This document shows, piece by piece, positions 31,018-34,803 of a stretch of DNA of 34,803 nt. Location of the stretch: assembly GCA_021149145.1 (NCBI GenBank), contig GCA_021149145.1_4322.1; one strand, 5' to 3'. Position numbers and translations under genes: made by a program. The DNA is from a phage. Numbering within the stretch: position 1 is the first letter of the stretch; each line of letters starts with the position of its first letter. The notes under the pieces were generated by a model. It was not told where the DNA came from. It made no database searches and saw only the letters and a list, made by a program, of their open reading frames with translations.

Positions 31018-31668
31018 TTAGAATGTATCGATTTCTTGAGATTGTACTTCAACTTTTTCTTCTTGAGCGGGCTTTTGTGCAACCTGCTTAGGTTTTGCTG
31101 GGTTAAAGCCGCTAGCTGCATTGGCCTGAATCTCTGCCTTGCGCTCGATAATGTGAGGCTCAAGCACTAACCAGCCGGCTGAATCAAGTGACTGCTTCGC
31201 CTCTTTGTAAACATTACGGAGGTCATCAAGAGTACTGCACTTAGCCAAGTCTTTCTTGAATGAGTTGATGCTTTTAACTGCTAACTGACCATCATCATCT
31301 GCCTGGCTTAAACCTAACGCCGCTGTGATTGCGTAACGGCGAGCGTATGTAAGTGATGACCCATAACCTTGAGCATCTTGCTTACTGATTGGGACTATGG
31401 TCAGGAAACTAACCCACTCTCCAGATTCTGCATGGTAAACTGTTGTTTCAACCTTAATACGAGTGCTTACATCATCATCAATCATCGACTGAAACATCAC
31501 CAGTCCGCTATCAGCCAAGCCTGGCTCTACAGCTGCTAAAACATCATCTAAAGTAGCGTACTTGTTCTTGAGGTGCGAGTTCTGCTTTGACTTTTCAGCC
31601 TTTGCAAACTTTGATTTAGCCTCGAATAACGCCTTCAATACTTGCTTGTTTTGCTCAGAAGTTTTCAT
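31018..31668 (-). CDS. erf: Erf-family single-strand annealing protein
   Basis: The ATG at 31668 (MKTSEQ...) follows the cassette leader. It contains KNKYATLDDVLAAVEPGL and GYGSSLTYARRYAITAALGL, comparable to the P22 Erf core. The track start at 31710 lies inside the promoter. Confidence 0.7.
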   Translation of the reverse strand: MKTSEQNKQVLKALFEAKSKFAKAEKSKQNSHLKNKYATLDDVLAAVEPGLADSGLVMFQSMIDDDVSTRIKVETTVYHAESGEWVSFLTIVPISKQDAQGYGSSLTYARRYAITAALGLSQADDDGQLAVKSINSFKKDLAKCSTLDDLRNVYKEAKQSLDSAGWLVLEPHIIERKAEIQANAASGFNPAKPKQVAQKPAQEEKVEVQSQEIDTF

Positions 31669-31744
31669 TCCCCATCTCTCTTTCGTTTCGATGGGGTAAT
31701 GATACCCCACCTGTTAATTTTGTCTTTAGCAATTAGTGCTATTT
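31669..31744 (-). promoter_or_regulatory. promoter-leader cassette copy (best consensus match)
   Basis: Minus strand reads AATAGCACTAATTGCTAAAGACA, 17 nt, TATCAT, then TACCCCATCGAAACGAAAGAGAGATGGGGA and the ATG. The TAG in the box is the exonuclease stop. Confidence 0.65.
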
Positions 31745-32710
31745 TAGAAGTTCTTGATACTGCTTACTTACCCACTCAGGAATCATCAAATCTTGCTCTG
31801 TAATTCCATTACTGTATCCAGGCCACTCATCAAGTTCCTTGCACTGCTTGTAAACAGCCAGAGCCTCTAAATATTGTAAGCGCCCAATGCGAAGCTGCTC
31901 ATCTGTAAGTGTGTAGCACATAGGTAAGTAGGGCTCTGTTTTCTCCTGAGCCAGAAGTCGAACCACAACCTTACGCTTTTCGTTGAATGCTTTAACAAAC
32001 AAATCGCGCTGAAGTGCCATCTTACACAGGTAACCATGGTCATAAGCTGACTTACCAAATCCTCTAGGGCTTGCGTCTGCTGTTGTTTTATAGTCAGTAA
32101 TGTAAACCACTCCATTAACAACATCCACGTGGTCAAGCCGAACCTTAACGCCGCAGCCGAGAATCTCACCAAAGATTGACAGCTCTTTCTGTGCTATTGG
32201 TGAATTAATTACCGCATCGTAAGCCGGAATATTGGTCAGAACTTCTCGCATTGCGATTACCTTGTCGTAATCTTTAGCACTAACCAGCTCCTTGCCACTA
32301 ATTAACGCCTCAGCGCTCTCCTGCTGCTCAATTAACCATTTAACCGGCCAATCCTCGCCAGACTTATACATCATCTCCACAAGCTCGTTATAACCCTTCC
32401 CTGACGTGCCGGAAACGCCAACTTTTTTAAGCGCTGCCGATAAAGCTGTTTTGCTAGTAATCAATCCTTCCACTTCGTCAAAGTCAGTAGCTCGCATGTA
32501 AGTGGAATCGAACACTTCACGTTCTAGCATCATCGTATGTCCCAAAGTGCCAAACTTTAGTGCTGCACTTGAGTTGCTGCGCTGCTTAAATTTCCATTTT
32601 GCTGGAGAAGTAGCAAGAATCTCAGCCAGCGAAGAGCCAGAGATATGGTCTTTCTCTTCGTGATAGGATTCATTTGTTAGCTCGTCGTTCGTATAAACTT
32701 TAAATGTCAT
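31739..32710 (-). CDS. RecE-like PD-(D/E)xK exonuclease
   Basis: Contains LDHVDVVNGVVYITDYKT (D...D-x-K core). It is paired with Erf and SSB downstream. Confidence 0.6.
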   Translation of the reverse strand: MTFKVYTNDELTNESYHEEKDHISGSSLAEILATSPAKWKFKQRSNSSAALKFGTLGHTMMLEREVFDSTYMRATDFDEVEGLITSKTALSAALKKVGVSGTSGKGYNELVEMMYKSGEDWPVKWLIEQQESAEALISGKELVSAKDYDKVIAMREVLTNIPAYDAVINSPIAQKELSIFGEILGCGVKVRLDHVDVVNGVVYITDYKTTADASPRGFGKSAYDHGYLCKMALQRDLFVKAFNEKRKVVVRLLAQEKTEPYLPMCYTLTDEQLRIGRLQYLEALAVYKQCKELDEWPGYSNGITEQDLMIPEWVSKQYQELLK

Positions 32711-32713
32711 GGC

Positions 32714-32908
32714 TCAATCCTTAATTTTAACAATCTTAACAGCTTTCAAATCTTCCTCAGTGAAATATCCGGTCAGAATAGATTTTGCCTCTTTCTTGCT
32801 ATCGAATCGGTCCGCTTCAGATTTGTGAACTGTATATCCAGCGGGGCCACCAAAGTAGCAATCGCCGAACAGTGCGTTGTTTTTCTCTTTAATAATGAAG
32901 TATGGCAT
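32714..32908 (-). CDS. hypothetical protein, first gene of the recombination operon
   Basis: 64-aa ORF with AGAGAGATAGAG upstream. Confidence 0.5.
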   Translation of the reverse strand: MPYFIIKEKNNALFGDCYFGGPAGYTVHKSEADRFDSKKEAKSILTGYFTEEDLKAVKIVKIKD

Positions 32909-32980
32909 TTCTCTATCTCTCTATTGTTGCGTGCTTTCGATTAGTTAATGATGCCGTACGCACAACGCATAGTCCAATTG

Positions 32981-33327
32981 GTATCACCTATTAATTAATC
33001 AAGTATACGCGTATAATTTTGTAACTACGTGTAGACATTGGCATGAGTTACGTTTTTAGCCACTTAAGCCAAGCTATAGCTCAATGTAAATAGTGAGTAT
33101 ACCGTGTATACCGATTTTAGCGGAGGGTGCATAGGTATAGGTGCTGCGCAATACTGTATAAAATCACATGGTATAAAAATTATAAGCGGAACACTCAAGA
33201 ACAGTAGTTACATGATATACAAGATATACATATATAATAATAATAATAAGAGTAAAAGGTTGATATATATAGATATTATAATGTAACTATGGCGTAAACT
33301 GGCGTAACTGGGCGTATACGATTTCCA
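32981..33327. repeat. AT-rich switch-region module, copy B
   Basis: Collinear with 13211-13530. It has the palindrome TATACGCGTATA (33004-33015), AGCTATAGCT (33072-33081), (AAT)4 at 33236-33247 and a 29-bp identical core at 33251-33279. GGCGTA iterons sit at 33291, 33301 and 33311. Confidence 0.8.
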
Positions 33328-33373
33328 GCGGATGCATATGGTATACATGGAGTTACATTGGTTACGCGTAAAC

Positions 33374-33449
33374 AATAGCACGAATAGCTAAAACTAATAC
33401 GCAAAACCCTGTATAGTTGGTCACACAAAAAACGAGAGAGGATTTCAAA
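33374..33449 (+). promoter_or_regulatory. promoter-leader cassette copy
   Basis: Reads AATAGCACGAATAGCTAAAACT, 16 nt, TATAGT, then TGGTCACACAAAAAACGAGAGAGG and the ATG. Confidence 0.6.
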
Positions 33450-34121
33450 ATGGTTATTTGGTCTTTATTTGATGGTTCAGGGCTGGCTGTGAAAGATTGG
33501 GCTGAGGCTTGTCACGAGTGCTACTGTTTCAACTTTGATGAGTCTGACCACGGTAGTTACGGGGATTTAAATGCAAAATTTGAACATGAGAACATCACCT
33601 ACGTTAATGCCTGGATAGATGGCAACTTCGACTTTGATGTGAAGCCTGATATCATTTTAGCGTTCCCGCCGTGTACGGATTTAGCCGTGAGCGGGTCAAG
33701 GCACTTTGAGCGAAAGCGACTGGTTAACCATAACTTCCAGATTGAAGCTGCGGAAACATGTAAAGTTGCTTTTAACTTGGCTAATAAGTACGAAGTCCCA
33801 TACATGATTGAGAATCCAATCAGCGTACTGTCATCACTCTGGAGAAAGCCTAATAAGACTTTCCACCCATATGAATACGGAGGCTATTTGCCGGAAGATG
33901 ATTTACACCCGTTTTTTAGCGACCTAATAAAGCCAAAAGACGCATATCCCAAGAAGACATGCATTTGGTATGGCAATGGGTTTAAATGGCCAGAGGCGAT
34001 TCCTGTGGACGTTAACGATGGATTCTCTGACCAATACAAGAAGCTTGGTGGGAAGAGTAAGAAGACAAAGGTAATTCGCAGTCTAACTCCTCGCGGTTTT
34101 GCAAAAGCAGTCTTCATAGCA

Positions 34122-34139
<18 letters not shown>
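33450..34139 (+). CDS. compact C5-cytosine DNA methyltransferase-like protein
   Basis: The ATG at 33450 follows the leader. Motif I is LFDGSGL, motif IV is FPPCTDLAVSG, motif VI is MIENP, and a motif-IX-like RSLTPRGFAKAVF is present. At only 229 aa, no obvious target-recognition domain is visible. Confidence 0.55.
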
Positions 34140-34437
<298 letters not shown>

Positions 34438-34438
<1 letters not shown>

Positions 34439-34803
34439 TGGCTCAGGGTATCTATATAGACCTTAATGACGGAAGGAATCCAATGACAATTACCTCAGGG
34501 ATGAGGGCGTTAAGCTTCGCTGGAAACTTTAACGTTAATAGTCGTGGCTTTAGTAAGACATTCTCAATTCAGGGAAATGAAGGTGCATCACGTTTTTTAA
34601 TTCCTAATAATGGTGCCTTCAGCTTCAGGCTTGACAGGGGTGTTGAGCTTTATTATATAAGTGGATTTTCATCAACACCTACATCTGGGACAATCTCAAT
34701 AGGTTCAGTGAATGGATATTCTAACAGGATCACGTCATTTTCAGGGACTGTTATTGAGGTCTTGGGGGCATCAAGCGGCCATGGCATATACGTTGCTGAT
34801 AGT
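34438..34803 (+). CDS. hypothetical protein (runs off the right edge)
   Basis: The ATG overlaps the upstream stop (TAATG). MAQGIYIDLNDGRNPMTITSG... stays open to the window end. Confidence 0.45.

Overview
The window reads as about 35 kb of a virulent T1-like (Drexlerviridae-type) siphophage of an enterobacterial host. No integrase or CI-type lysogeny module is visible.

Layout, left to right:
- 1-9581 (minus strand): packaging and head/neck operon. Order is TerS, TerL, an inserted moron, portal, SPP1-gp7/Mu-F-like protein, protease-scaffold, decoration-like protein, major capsid, connector proteins, tail terminator, then the start of the major tail gene.
- 9.7-13.2 kb (minus): a run of very small genes with a tRNA-Arg(CCU), an HNH endonuclease, and several ORFs under 60 aa that the ORF track omits.
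- 13.2-13.8 kb: a 670-nt AT-rich non-coding switch region.
- 13.8-17.4 kb (plus): a rightward early/replication operon that includes a DUF3987-like ATPase.
- 17.4-18.5 kb (minus): a T1-type lysis cassette of holin, SAR endolysin and unimolecular spanin.
- 18.8-22.8 kb (minus): nucleotide-metabolism and accessory genes. These are a dNMP-kinase-like protein, a frameshifted HAD/Pnkp-like phosphatase, an HTH-metallophosphoesterase and a VRR-NUC nuclease.
- 22.8-26.0 kb (minus): an SF2 helicase gene.
- 26.0-30.5 kb (plus): an HTH regulator, a decayed HNH-AP2 endonuclease, a primase and a beta-helix tailspike.
- 30.5-32.9 kb (minus): SSB, Erf and a RecE-like exonuclease.
- About 32.9-33.4 kb: a second copy of the AT-rich switch module.
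- 33.4-34.8 kb (plus): a compact C5-MTase-like gene, a Cor-like lipoprotein and a partial ORF.

Main observations:
1. The helicase gene is broken inside its DExH box by an intein. The N and C splicing halves lie in the extein frame but are separated by stop codons. The double-LAGLIDADG endonuclease is a self-initiating ORF in a different frame that overlaps both halves. This is a candidate natural split intein, or fractured gene.
2. A promoter-leader cassette of about 75-85 nt, headed by the quasi-palindrome AATAGCACnAATnGCTAAA, recurs at least 13 times with full architecture and 16 times counting box-only copies. It often supplies the stop codon or an NSTN C-terminus to the upstream gene.
3. 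Two diverged copies of a module of about 320-350 bp sit at both divergent transcription switch points. Each carries an (AAT)n tract, a 29-bp identical core and three GGCGTA-type iterons at exact 10-bp spacing.
4. Three genes are interrupted: one by an in-frame TGA, one by an in-frame TAA and one by a 1-nt frameshift.
5. The SSB linker is a pure 24-residue poly-Q.

All functional calls come from motifs read by eye in the translations and from synteny. No database search was run.
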